Origin: Bacteroidota bacterium
GTDB taxonomy: Bacteria > Bacteroidota > Bacteroidia > 2-12-FULL-35-15
Direction of reading: 5' to 3'
DNA length: 64,000 nt
Assembly (NCBI GenBank): GCA_029237775.1
Contig: JAQZBR010000003.1
Span: 210,599-274,598 of the forward strand
Part shown: positions 37,844 to 47,858 of the stretch, one piece after another
How positions within the stretch are numbered: the first letter of the stretch is position 1
How the letters are laid out: every line of letters starts with the position of its first letter
Position numbers and translations under genes: made by a program
Notes under the pieces: generated by a model
What the model saw: the letters and a program-made list of their open reading frames with translations, nothing else
The model's database searches: none
Told to the model about the DNA's origin: nothing

Positions 37844-40243
37844 CTACTTTCTTACGTATTTTTTAGTGATCAAACCTTTTGAAGACTCAATCTTAACAAT
37901 GTACATACCTGAGAAATCCTGAGGCAAGTTGAGGTTTACAGTCTGATTTTCTGCTAAGACAGTGGTGGTTTCAACGATATTCTGTCCCATGATGTTAGTA
38001 ACGTTAATAGTAGCAGGGGTTGCCTCTTCCATGTCGAATGTTACAGTGTTACCATCAACAGTTGGTAGAATGCTCACTTGATTATTTAACTCAGAATTCA
38101 TATCGCTGTTAACAAAAGCTCTGCAGTTACCAGATTTTGTAAGGTGAAGAATAAATCTGTCTGACGCTTCGTTTGTATTCAATTCGAAAGAATAAGCTTC
38201 CCCTTTTGTAAGGTCGATAGTTTTGTTCAACACTTTATCCTCAAGGGTAATGCACGAATATTCACTAACATTCTCCAAGCCGGCAGCTTCAATTTTATAA
38301 AAGCCTTGTTTCGCCACAGACACTGAAACCGGCATTGAGAAATTATCATCAAAAGAATTGAATGAGTTAATAACCGCTTTTCTTCCGTCAATTTTAGTGT
38401 AAATTGAAGGGGCAAGTGGGTTAGGGCTTTTATGGAAAGGATGATCATTCGAATCCCAACCGTCTGATGCTGTATTGTTACCGGCTACTTTTAAAGTGTG
38501 ATAGAAAGAGTTTCCTGCATCATTAGCTGAGAATTTCAGGCTCAGGTAAGGCTCAGCAACTACGGATCTCAAAGAGCTGTTTGAAGAGGTGGATTTTGAG
38601 CTTTCAGGAATAATCAAGGTAGCTGTGGAGGTGGTTGTATACACCCAGAAACCTTGAGTTGAACCGATCTCAGTACCTAAACCAAAGGTTGCATAATTCC
38701 CTGAAGCAGCATCAAATACATCATAAGTGTTTAAAATTCCGCTGGAAGCTGTAAACACATCACTCCATCTGATACTTGATGCAAAAGGGTTTCCGACAAG
38801 ATTAGAACCGGCACTGTTAAAAGAGATCAACCCGCTTAGATCCTGATCAGTCTGATTAGGTACACCAATCGTATTGATTGTGGTGTTTGGGAGATTACTG
38901 TATGAAAAGTCTCCGGTCATATACACTTCAAATCCCTGTCCCGGTGTTAAAGCCGTTGCTGATGAAGTGATTGCGCTGAATGCATCTTCAGTTTCATCAT
39001 AGATCCATTGTGTTGGATATGAAGATGGTGGGCTGAAAGTATAGTAAGTTACCGGCAATTCATTATCCCAGTCATTGAAAGTTGAATTCTGAACAGGAGA
39101 AGAAAGATCCGCCCAGGTGCTGTCGCGGGAAGTGATAAAACGCTCCACGGTAAAGTTTCCTGCAATAGCTCCTGTTCCGGTTATAGGTGCAATGCGGGCA
39201 GTTTGAGTCGCGTCAGAGGTCATCGTAAATGAACGTCCACCGGTGTTAAATGTTCCGTTGCTTACAGTTATAACCTCATCAAGTATATAAGTTCCGGATG
39301 TTAAAGTAACTCCATTAGTATTATTGATTGTCAAACCTTTAAAAGTGGTAGTGCCAAATGTATTCGATACAGACTGGGCAGCAGTACCGTTAAAGGTAAC
39401 TGTCTTGCCTGCTGAAGCGGTAAAAGTGGCCGCGTTGGTCCAGTTTCCAGCTACGGAAAGATCGAAATTATTGGTATTGAGGTGATTCCCGGCATTCATT
39501 GTTAGATTATTCGCAATCACGGTATTCGCAGCGAGTGTTTTAGTGCCTGACGTAGATGCAGTAAGAGATAAGTTATAATATCCTGAAGAGGCAAGAGGAA
39601 CCGCTCCGGCAGCATATCTTAAGTTAACGGTGTTGCCGGTTGCATGAGCGTGAAATGTAGCGCCACTCATAAATCCGGCTTTAAGAAGAGATAATGTAGC
39701 GCCAGCAGAATTAACGAAGACAGATCCGGATTTACCGATAAAGTCGGAGAATGTGCAGATACCAAGGTTCGTTAACGTTTTATTAACAGCCAGGGTTATA
39801 ATTCCTCCCGCTGCTTTTGTTAAAGTGGATCCGGCCTGAACAGTCGCATTGTTAGAAAAAGAATATCTGCTTGTAGGAGATGAAGTACCGGTAATAGTAA
39901 GCGAAATGTTGGTTGCAATGAATAAAATTGTTCCGCTGCCAGTTTCAGTACCTGAAAGATTATAATTGCCACGTACCGACATTGTATTGCTGATCAACTG
40001 TAAGGTTCCGGCAACAGTCAGATTTCTCGCTGCACAGCCTGTTGCGTTAACAAAAACGGTGTGTCCGGCAGAAATTGTTACATCATCCGAGCTGGTCGGC
40101 ACGCCATTAGGTATCCAAGTGGTGCTCGAGAGCCAACTTGATGGTCCCGTACCAGCGGAAGTGTAACTAATGGCAGACACCTGGACTGCAAGACAGGTAA
40201 AAAGTGCAAAAAAACTGAGTTTGATTAAGTTAAAGTGTTTCAT
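37844..40243 (-). CDS. T9SS cargo surface protein, paralogous to part of the 2235-aa protein
   Basis: Signal peptide; TARI...G...GN.T..R.I....W..L.SPV and NLV.NP..S.I.W shared with 30288-36995; CTD-like end SGMYIVKI...ITKK. Confidence 0.82.
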   Translation of the reverse strand: MKHFNLIKLSFFALFTCLAVQVSAISYTSAGTGPSSWLSSTTWIPNGVPTSSDDVTISAGHTVFVNATGCAARNLTVAGTLQLISNTMSVRGNYNLSGTETGSGTILFIATNISLTITGTSSPTSRYSFSNNATVQAGSTLTKAAGGIITLAVNKTLTNLGICTFSDFIGKSGSVFVNSAGATLSLLKAGFMSGATFHAHATGNTVNLRYAAGAVPLASSGYYNLSLTASTSGTKTLAANTVIANNLTMNAGNHLNTNNFDLSVAGNWTNAATFTASAGKTVTFNGTAAQSVSNTFGTTTFKGLTINNTNGVTLTSGTYILDEVITVSNGTFNTGGRSFTMTSDATQTARIAPITGTGAIAGNFTVERFITSRDSTWADLSSPVQNSTFNDWDNELPVTYYTFSPPSSYPTQWIYDETEDAFSAITSSATALTPGQGFEVYMTGDFSYSNLPNTTINTIGVPNQTDQDLSGLISFNSAGSNLVGNPFASSIRWSDVFTASSGILNTYDVFDAASGNYATFGLGTEIGSTQGFWVYTTTSTATLIIPESSKSTSSNSSLRSVVAEPYLSLKFSANDAGNSFYHTLKVAGNNTASDGWDSNDHPFHKSPNPLAPSIYTKIDGRKAVINSFNSFDDNFSMPVSVSVAKQGFYKIEAAGLENVSEYSCITLEDKVLNKTIDLTKGEAYSFELNTNEASDRFILHLTKSGNCRAFVNSDMNSELNNQVSILPTVDGNTVTFDMEEATPATINVTNIMGQNIVETTTVLAENQTVNLNLPQDFSGMYIVKIESSKGLITKKYVRK

Positions 40244-40460
40244 GATATAATTTAAATTTTTCGTAAAGATATCTTCTTTAGAACTTTAAAAAATTACAAA
40301 AGGCGCTAGGAAGTTCCAAATGTAAGGAAAATTCTTTTTTTGTCAAACCTTTATTCCTATTCCTTTACGGAATATTATCTAATTAGTTACATTCTTTAAT
40401 TAAGGACAGATTTTACCTTCAGGATTATTCCTATATTTGGAAGATTTTTTTACCATTTTT

Positions 40461-42842
40461 ATGCCAGACAAAAAGAAAACAAATTTAATTGAACTTGAGG
40501 ATTTTCGTTCCACGTTTAAAATATTTTTAAAAAACTGGTACATTTTGCTGGCTTTCCTTCTGGCAGCTTCCATTCTATCATATTTTTACACGTATAAATT
40601 ACCGAATGTTTATGCGGCAAAAACTCAGATTCTCCTTAAAAATCAGGAAACTTATGATTATCAGAATCAGATCTATAAAGGTATTGGATATTACCAGTCT
40701 TATCAGGACAATGCTAATCAGATCAGGGTTTTAACTTCAAATGACCTGATTTCAGAAGCGCTCACAAAATTAAAATTTGAGGTTTCCTATTTTATAGTAG
40801 GCAGGCTGAAAACTACTGAGGTGTATGAGGGCGTTCCCTTTGATATTGCTGTCACAAGTGTAAATCAGAATCTATATGAGAAAGATATTCATTTCAAAAT
40901 AGTTAATGAAAAGCAATTCGAGCTTTCATATTTAAAGGGCGGGGATAATGTGGTAAAAAAGTATGATTTCAATAAAGAGATTATTAATGAGGATTTTTTC
41001 ATCACTGTTAAAAAAAATCAGATTCTTAATGAAAAAACGGTTACAAGTCTAAAAGAAATAGATTATCAATTAAAAATCCACAAGCTAGACTATTTGATTT
41101 CCAAAATTAAAAATCTTTTACAGGTGGATAATGTTGAAAATACCACCATTTTGGAACTTACTCTTCAGGATGAAATCCCCCTTCGGGCGATCACTTTTTT
41201 AGACACTTTATCCAATTCTTATATTAATTACACCTCCCGGAATCAAATAGCCATTAATAATAATACTTTAGAAAATATTGATAAACAGTTAAAAGAAATT
41301 ACTGAGGTACTCACTTCCATTGAAGATGATATGGAGAACTACAGGGCCAACAAGGCAATTCTCGATATAGATAAACAGCAGGAAGATTATTTTAATAAAT
41401 TAATTGAATTTGACTCTCAGAAGCGCCAGGCAGAATTAACAATTCAATCCCTGGAGGCCCTCCAAAAATATATAATTTCAGTTGGAAACTTAACAGACGA
41501 GAAATTGCTACCTCCGTCATTTTATATCTCTCAGGGCGATGATTATTTAAGAACAGCTTTAGGGAAGTTGTATGAGCTACAAATGGACCGAAATCAAAGG
41601 TTAAATGGTTCGACCATACAGAACCGAAATATTAGCGAATTGGATGAGGAGCTTGGGTTGTTAAAGAATAATATTTTGACCTATATAACCAATTCTAAAA
41701 CAGGTTTACACCAAAGGATTGAAGATTTAAAAGGTCAGATCAATCACTATACAGGTATTATCAAAACAGTTCCCCGAACAGAAAGGGATCTGTTAAACAT
41801 CCAGAGAAAGCTGGATGTTAACCAAAAAATGTATTCTTTTTTGCTTGAAAAAAGAGCTAGTACCATGATCGCGCGCGCGGGGATATTGCCCGAAACAAGT
41901 GTGATCGAATCAGCTCACTCAATAGGTGTAGTTGCTCCGAATAAGCGGAAGATCATGTATTACTTTTTAATTGCAGGCACAATCCTCAGTTTGATTGTTG
42001 TTTTTATAAGGACCAATATGTTTTCAACTATTGAAAATGTTATGGAATTAAAACGAATTTCTACCTTACCTGTATTAGGCGAAATAATTTTTCATTCCAG
42101 TGAAAATGAAAGTTATTTTATTGTAGATAAGGATTCAAAGGCTCCGATCACTGAAAGTTTCAGGGCAATCCGTACTAATCTTGAGTATTTTGCAAGTGAC
42201 CGAAAATCTAAGGTGGTGCTATTGACCTCTTACCTTCCGGGCGAAGGAAAAACTTTTTGTTCAGTTAATCTTGCTACTATTCTCGCAAAAGCCGGTAAAA
42301 AAGTTTTGCTGTTAGAGCTTGATCTCCATAAGCCGAAAGTTCAAAAAGCCTTTAATATGGAATCTCTGGTAGGGGCCAGTAATATACTTATCGGAAAGGC
42401 TGCCATTCCATCAACCATTCAGGAGACAGGTATCGAGAATTTATTTGTAATGTTATCCGGCCCGACCCCGCCTAATGCTTCCGAGCTCATTTTAAGCCCA
42501 CATCTTTCGGAAATTTTCGACTATGGGCGCGACCATTTTGACTATGTTATCGTAGATACGCCACCGATCGGTTTAATTACTGATGCCCTTGTGATGATGA
42601 AAAATGCGGATGTGTCACTCTTTGTACTGAATACGAAATTTGCAAAAAAACAAATCATCGGAATTGTTGAAGAACTCGTAGAGCAGAACAAATTCAAAAA
42701 TTTCGCTATGATTCTCAATGGCGTGAAACGTAAAAAATCAGGGTATTATTACAATTACGGATACGGTTATGGCTACGGTTACGGCTATGGAAACGGTTAC
42801 GGCTATGGATCATATGGCAAGCCCGAACCAAAGAAAAAATAA
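40461..42842 (+). CDS. wzc: Polysaccharide co-polymerase / BY-kinase (Wzc/GumC family)
   Basis: Two TMs around a coiled-coil periplasmic domain, Walker A TSYLPGEGKT, IVDTPP, C-terminal Tyr cluster. Start moved to ATG 40461 (TATATTTG box at 40432-40439). Confidence 0.9.
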   Translation: MPDKKKTNLIELEDFRSTFKIFLKNWYILLAFLLAASILSYFYTYKLPNVYAAKTQILLKNQETYDYQNQIYKGIGYYQSYQDNANQIRVLTSNDLISEALTKLKFEVSYFIVGRLKTTEVYEGVPFDIAVTSVNQNLYEKDIHFKIVNEKQFELSYLKGGDNVVKKYDFNKEIINEDFFITVKKNQILNEKTVTSLKEIDYQLKIHKLDYLISKIKNLLQVDNVENTTILELTLQDEIPLRAITFLDTLSNSYINYTSRNQIAINNNTLENIDKQLKEITEVLTSIEDDMENYRANKAILDIDKQQEDYFNKLIEFDSQKRQAELTIQSLEALQKYIISVGNLTDEKLLPPSFYISQGDDYLRTALGKLYELQMDRNQRLNGSTIQNRNISELDEELGLLKNNILTYITNSKTGLHQRIEDLKGQINHYTGIIKTVPRTERDLLNIQRKLDVNQKMYSFLLEKRASTMIARAGILPETSVIESAHSIGVVAPNKRKIMYYFLIAGTILSLIVVFIRTNMFSTIENVMELKRISTLPVLGEIIFHSSENESYFIVDKDSKAPITESFRAIRTNLEYFASDRKSKVVLLTSYLPGEGKTFCSVNLATILAKAGKKVLLLELDLHKPKVQKAFNMESLVGASNILIGKAAIPSTIQETGIENLFVMLSGPTPPNASELILSPHLSEIFDYGRDHFDYVIVDTPPIGLITDALVMMKNADVSLFVLNTKFAKKQIIGIVEELVEQNKFKNFAMILNGVKRKKSGYYYNYGYGYGYGYGYGNGYGYGSYGKPEPKKK

Positions 42843-42866
42843 TCTTTAAAAAAGTTTAAATTTTTC

Positions 42867-43433
42867 ATGAGAAAAAAATTTAAAGATCTTCTCAACCTGT
42901 TAAAACTTAAATTCAGAAAATCGACTTATTCAGGCAAGGTTTTTTGTATTGGTTATAATAAAACAGGAACAACATCTTGCGGAAGAGCATTCGAGCTTCT
43001 CGGTTATAAGAATGTTTCCTTCGAAGGCAAGAACTGGCGCGGTCTGTATAAGAACAAACAATATTTGCAGCTGCTTAATTATGCAGCGAAGTTTGATTCA
43101 TTTGATGACCTTCCGTGGTTAAAGGAGGACATGATTGTTTTATTGGATAAAGTATTTCCGAACAGCAAATTTGTTTATTTAGAAAGAGACCTGGATTCGT
43201 GGCGGAAATCTTATTATAATTGGACTTATAAAATTACGGGCCAATACCCTGACATGGAAAAAGGCGTTTCTAATTTTCTCGCCCACCGGGAATTTGTAAT
43301 GCAATATTTTAAAGACAGGCAAAATGATCTTCTTATAATGAAGATTTCGGAACCGGGAGGGTTTAAAAAACTTGCTGAATTTCTTGGAAAAAAGACAGAT
43401 CAGACCGAAATGCCGCATGAAAATAAAACGTAA
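42867..43433 (+). CDS. Sulfotransferase family protein (Sulfotransfer_4-like)
   Basis: KVFCIG.NKTGTTS PAPS-binding loop, FDD.PW, FV.LER...SW..S. Confidence 0.75.
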   Translation: MRKKFKDLLNLLKLKFRKSTYSGKVFCIGYNKTGTTSCGRAFELLGYKNVSFEGKNWRGLYKNKQYLQLLNYAAKFDSFDDLPWLKEDMIVLLDKVFPNSKFVYLERDLDSWRKSYYNWTYKITGQYPDMEKGVSNFLAHREFVMQYFKDRQNDLLIMKISEPGGFKKLAEFLGKKTDQTEMPHENKT

Positions 43434-43457
43434 AATATTTAATCTTTTCAATAAAAA

Positions 43458-44309
43458 ATGTCAGATAAAAACGAAGAATGGGACCTTATTGTTAAGCCTA
43501 AAAATTCAATATTTAATGTCGATCTACAATCTTTCTGGCATTACCGGGATCTGTTGCTTTTATTTGTCAAGAGGGACTTTATAGCAGTATACAAACAAAC
43601 TGTTCTGGGACCATTGTGGTATATCATACAGCCACTGCTTACAACTTTTATGTTTACTGTGATTTTTGGCCAGATCGCAAAGATACCCACCGATGGAATA
43701 CCTAAGATCTTATTTTATCTCTCCGGAGTAACAATGTGGACCTATTTTGCTGAATGCTTAAATAAAACATCCAACACATTTATTTCCAACTCCACAATTT
43801 TCGGTAAGGTTTATTTTCCAAGACTAATTGTTCCTGTGTCCATCATCATCAGTAATCTTATTACGTTTGCTGTACAGTTTCTTCTTTTTATTCTGGTTCT
43901 TTTGTACTATTTCAGTACCACAGACCTGATTCACCCTAATATTTATATTCTGCTTCTGCCTCTTCTGATCCTTATAATGGCCGGCACAGGATTGGGGTTA
44001 GGGATAATAATCTCATCTTTAACAACAAAATATCGTGACCTTCGCTTTCTGATAGCTTTTGGGGTTCAGTTGTTTATGTTCGCCACACCGGTTATCTATC
44101 CAATGTCTTTTTTATCCGCTAAACAGAAAGTATTCATGATGGCTAACCCATTGTCGGCCATAATGGAAACCTTCAGATTCGCATTTACAGGTGTAGGAGT
44201 ATTTAACTGGATGCATTTATTATATAGTTTTATCTGCATGTTAATACTTTTATTTATTGGAATAATACTTTTCAATAAAGTGGAAAAAACATTTATGGAT
44301 ACAGTTTAA
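43458..44309 (+). CDS. wzm: ABC-2 polysaccharide exporter permease
   Basis: YRDLL..FVKRD....YKQT.LG..W..IQPL, KVYFPR, YRDL.F, TPVIYP, NPL. Confidence 0.9.
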   Translation: MSDKNEEWDLIVKPKNSIFNVDLQSFWHYRDLLLLFVKRDFIAVYKQTVLGPLWYIIQPLLTTFMFTVIFGQIAKIPTDGIPKILFYLSGVTMWTYFAECLNKTSNTFISNSTIFGKVYFPRLIVPVSIIISNLITFAVQFLLFILVLLYYFSTTDLIHPNIYILLLPLLILIMAGTGLGLGIIISSLTTKYRDLRFLIAFGVQLFMFATPVIYPMSFLSAKQKVFMMANPLSAIMETFRFAFTGVGVFNWMHLLYSFICMLILLFIGIILFNKVEKTFMDTV

Positions 44310-44333
44310 TATTATATCAAAATTTGAGTTGAA

Positions 44334-45593
44334 GTGAAAGTTGTTATAAAAGTTGAAAATATAAGTAAAAGGTATAACCTGGGTGAGGTTGGAACTGGCA
44401 CGCTTTCCCGTGACATAAATGCCTGGTGGGCCAGAATGAAAGGAAAAGAAAACCCCAATCTAAAGGTTACGGAAACTGAGAAGTCAGGTTACGAAAATAC
44501 TTTTCATCAGGCTTTGTCCAACATATCCTTTAATGTGAATGAAGGAGATGTTTTAGGTATAATCGGAAAAAACGGAGCAGGTAAATCAACGTTACTAAAA
44601 ATTCTTTCCCGTGTTACAACGCCATCTTCAGGGCAATTTAAAGTTAAGGGAAGAATAGCCAGTTTGCTTGAAGTGGGAACCGGTTTCCATCCTGATCTTA
44701 CCGGTCGCGAGAATGTTTTCCTCAATGGGGCGATTCTTGGAATGAGAAAATCCGAAATCAGAAGTAAATTCGATGAGATAATTGAGTTTTCTGGTGTGGA
44801 AAAGTTTATTGATACTCCGGTGAAAAGATACTCATCCGGGATGTATGTTCGCCTTGCCTTTGCTGTCGCAGCACATTTGGAGCCCGAAATACTTATTGTT
44901 GATGAAGTGCTTGCAGTGGGTGATCTGGAGTTTCAAAAAAAGTGCCTTGGCAAAATGAAAGATGTTTCAGAACAGGGAAGAACTGTTTTGTTTGTGAGCC
45001 ATAATATGAATGCTATGCAGCAGCTATGCAGCAGAGGAATTCTCATTTCTAAAGGCTCACTGGAGATGGATGCTGACATAAACACCGTGGTAAATCATTA
45101 TATAGGATTAGCAAAGACGGGCGCAGCTAACATCAGTGAATTTGCAAGACGCGGGAATAAAGCAATTTCCTTTACTGATTTTTATATTACCGATTCAGGG
45201 CTGAATAAAGTGGACAGGGTAATGATGAAAGATGATCTTTTTGTTAATTTGTTAATGAAAGCAAAAGAAGAGGTCAGACAATTAGATGTTTCATTTACCA
45301 TCAGAAATGCTTTTGGTGAAGCAATAACGCATGTGCAAAATATGGATAACGATTTTATCATTCCGGTAAATCAGGAAGATTATTTTTTCAGGATCAGGTT
45401 AAAGGATATTCTTTTTGTGCCCGGGACATATTTTATATCTATCTGGGCCGGAAATAGCACAGAGGCTTACGATTGCATCGATAATTGCATGAGTTTCGAA
45501 GTACTTAACAATCCGGATTTAAACCGTTTAATTTACCCGCATAATATCAGGGTATTTCAAAATTCGCAGTGGGAGATCGCAGCCGGTGCTTAA
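44334..45593 (+). CDS. wzt: ABC polysaccharide exporter ATPase with Wzt C-terminal domain
   Basis: GKNGAGKST, YSSGMYVRLAF, VDEVLAVGD, VSH; beta-rich C-terminal extension. Confidence 0.9.
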   Translation: MKVVIKVENISKRYNLGEVGTGTLSRDINAWWARMKGKENPNLKVTETEKSGYENTFHQALSNISFNVNEGDVLGIIGKNGAGKSTLLKILSRVTTPSSGQFKVKGRIASLLEVGTGFHPDLTGRENVFLNGAILGMRKSEIRSKFDEIIEFSGVEKFIDTPVKRYSSGMYVRLAFAVAAHLEPEILIVDEVLAVGDLEFQKKCLGKMKDVSEQGRTVLFVSHNMNAMQQLCSRGILISKGSLEMDADINTVVNHYIGLAKTGAANISEFARRGNKAISFTDFYITDSGLNKVDRVMMKDDLFVNLLMKAKEEVRQLDVSFTIRNAFGEAITHVQNMDNDFIIPVNQEDYFFRIRLKDILFVPGTYFISIWAGNSTEAYDCIDNCMSFEVLNNPDLNRLIYPHNIRVFQNSQWEIAAGA

Positions 45594-45620
45594 TCATTTG
45601 TTTTTTTTTCTGATTTTTTG

Positions 45621-45628
45621 TATATTTG
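45621..45628 (+). promoter_or_regulatory. -7 promoter box (TATATTTG) for the propeller gene
   Basis: Exact TAnnTTTG match 19 nt before the ATG. Confidence 0.6.
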
Positions 45629-45647
45629 AGATAACATACTAAATTAT

Positions 45648-47858
45648 ATGAAATCAACTTTTACTCTTCGGTTATTAACCCCACTTTTCCTTTTTATCAC
45701 TTCATATACTGTTGGTCAAACTTCGGCCTGGACTAACTTTACAAATCCAACCAATATATATTCTGCAGCTTTAGAGAATAATTTCATATGGGTAGCTTCA
45801 AGCGGTGGGATTGTAAAACTGGATACGAATTCAGGGGTAAGTACTTTTTATAATGAATTTAATTCCGGTTTACCTACTCCAAATGTTTTTTCGGTTGCGG
45901 TTGACCTTGCGTCTAACAAGTGGTTTGGTACAGGCGGAGGTCCGACAGGTGGCAATGTTGAAGCAGTTGCCGGAGGAGCAGGATTAGTGAAATTTGATGG
46001 GATTACCTGGACAACCTATAACACATCAAATTCAGGTCTGGCCCATAATACCGTTCGTGCATTATTGATCGATTCGCTCGGCATCCTTTGGGCAGGGACC
46101 TACGGAGGACTTGCCAGATTTAATGGAACAAGTTGGACTACATATAATACCGGTAATTCCGGGTTGCCAAGTGATAGTATCACCTCTCTTACCACCGATA
46201 ATAATGGCAAACTATGGATCGGTACCTTTCATGGGGCTGCGTGTTTTGACGGTAACTCCTGGTTAACTTTTAAACACTCTAACTCAGGGCTCCCGGGAGA
46301 TACCATACGAACTATAGCAGTGGATCAGAATAATGTTAAATGGTTCGGTACTAGCCGTGCTGGTGTGGGTAAATACAATGACACTACATGGGTTACATAT
46401 AATATTTTAAACTCCGGAATACCAAAAAATAATGTAACAGCTATTTTGCCTTCCTCTGACGGAAAAATTTATTTCGGAACCTATGGAAACGCAAACACAT
46501 ATGGAGGGGGATTAACCGCATTTGACGGACTCACATGGTACTCTTATCTTGATTCCAATTCACCTCTCCCGAAGAATAATGTTCCTGTGATTTTAGAGGA
46601 TACTTATGGTAAAAAATGGATCATGAGCGAACGTGGCCAGCGACATGGTGACGGTACAGGAAAGGTTAGCGGATTTAATGGAACAGATTGGAGGAATTAC
46701 AATATCAGCAATTCGGGTATTATTTCTAACTTCTGTTATTATATAACTTTACAGGGTAGTCGCCTATGGTTTGGTGGGGAGAAGTTTGGTTTAACGATGT
46801 TTGATGGTTCGGCATGGACAAATTATAACTCCGAAAACAGCGCAATTATAGATGATGATATTTTAGATCTTAAATTTGACTCGAATGGTGTTTTGTGGGC
46901 AACCCATGATGGCGGTAAACTGTCAAGATTTGATGGAAATAATTTTAATTATGTGACTACTCCGGGAGCAAATTTTCCATATTGTTTATTTATTGACACT
47001 ACGGGTGATAAATGGATCGGTGAAAATGGAACGGGAATTTTTATTTGGGACGATACCACCTGGACAAATATTAACACATCGAATTCAGGACTTCCAAATA
47101 ATTATATTCATTGCATAACAAGGGATCAGGCGGGAAATAAATGGATTGCTACGTATGGCGGAGGTGTTGCAAAATTTGACGGAACTAACTGGACGATATA
47201 CAACACAACGAACACCTCTCTTATTACGAACAATGTTAATTATATTAAGATTGACCAATCGCAAAATAAATGGGTGGCTACTCAGAACGGACTGGCTAAA
47301 TTTGACGGAACAAACTGGACACTATACCGAACGGTAAATTCAGGTTTACCAAGCAATGTCGTTTACTCTGTAGATGTTGATTCTTACGGTGATGTTTGGG
47401 CTACCACATCTAATGGCTTTGCAAGATTTAACGGCTCTGCATGGACAACATATAACTTTACCATTCCGGCACTTATGGTTTTTAGACATGTAAATTTTGA
47501 CAGTTTAGGAAACGTCTGGATCGCTACTCTTGGAAGGGGTATAATAAAAATACCGAGAAGCTCTATTGCGACTGATATAGCTGGCTCCAATTACAAAGGA
47601 GATAAGTTGTTAAATTTTCCAAATCCATTCTCAACTGAAACTTATATCGAACTGGACAACGTGCCTCAGGATGGAAGTGTTTCTATAAATATTTATGATG
47701 TCACAGGTAAAGAGGTAAATTGTCTTTACTCCATTACAGATTCTTCAAACGGAAAGATAGTTACGCTGTATTCGTCTGACCTGAATAGTGGGATTTATTT
47801 CTTCACAGCAGGATATAATTCAACTTTTAAAAATGGAAAAATGATCATTCAAAAGTGA
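45648..47858 (+). CDS. Beta-propeller (two-component-regulator propeller repeats) protein with T9SS type A CTD
   Basis: Repeated FDG..WT.YNT.NSGLP.N.V..I..D..G..W.GT; C-terminal FPNPF...SGIYF. Confidence 0.85.
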   Translation: MKSTFTLRLLTPLFLFITSYTVGQTSAWTNFTNPTNIYSAALENNFIWVASSGGIVKLDTNSGVSTFYNEFNSGLPTPNVFSVAVDLASNKWFGTGGGPTGGNVEAVAGGAGLVKFDGITWTTYNTSNSGLAHNTVRALLIDSLGILWAGTYGGLARFNGTSWTTYNTGNSGLPSDSITSLTTDNNGKLWIGTFHGAACFDGNSWLTFKHSNSGLPGDTIRTIAVDQNNVKWFGTSRAGVGKYNDTTWVTYNILNSGIPKNNVTAILPSSDGKIYFGTYGNANTYGGGLTAFDGLTWYSYLDSNSPLPKNNVPVILEDTYGKKWIMSERGQRHGDGTGKVSGFNGTDWRNYNISNSGIISNFCYYITLQGSRLWFGGEKFGLTMFDGSAWTNYNSENSAIIDDDILDLKFDSNGVLWATHDGGKLSRFDGNNFNYVTTPGANFPYCLFIDTTGDKWIGENGTGIFIWDDTTWTNINTSNSGLPNNYIHCITRDQAGNKWIATYGGGVAKFDGTNWTIYNTTNTSLITNNVNYIKIDQSQNKWVATQNGLAKFDGTNWTLYRTVNSGLPSNVVYSVDVDSYGDVWATTSNGFARFNGSAWTTYNFTIPALMVFRHVNFDSLGNVWIATLGRGIIKIPRSSIATDIAGSNYKGDKLLNFPNPFSTETYIELDNVPQDGSVSINIYDVTGKEVNCLYSITDSSNGKIVTLYSSDLNSGIYFFTAGYNSTFKNGKMIIQK

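Noticed and set aside
42744-42817. Tandem TAY-GGN nucleotide repeat
   Set aside because: Encodes the normal (YG)n autophosphorylation cluster of Wzc; not a CRISPR or contingency repeat
45648-47858. Calling the propeller protein PorZ
   Set aside because: Only the architecture matches; no PorZ-specific sequence was recognised
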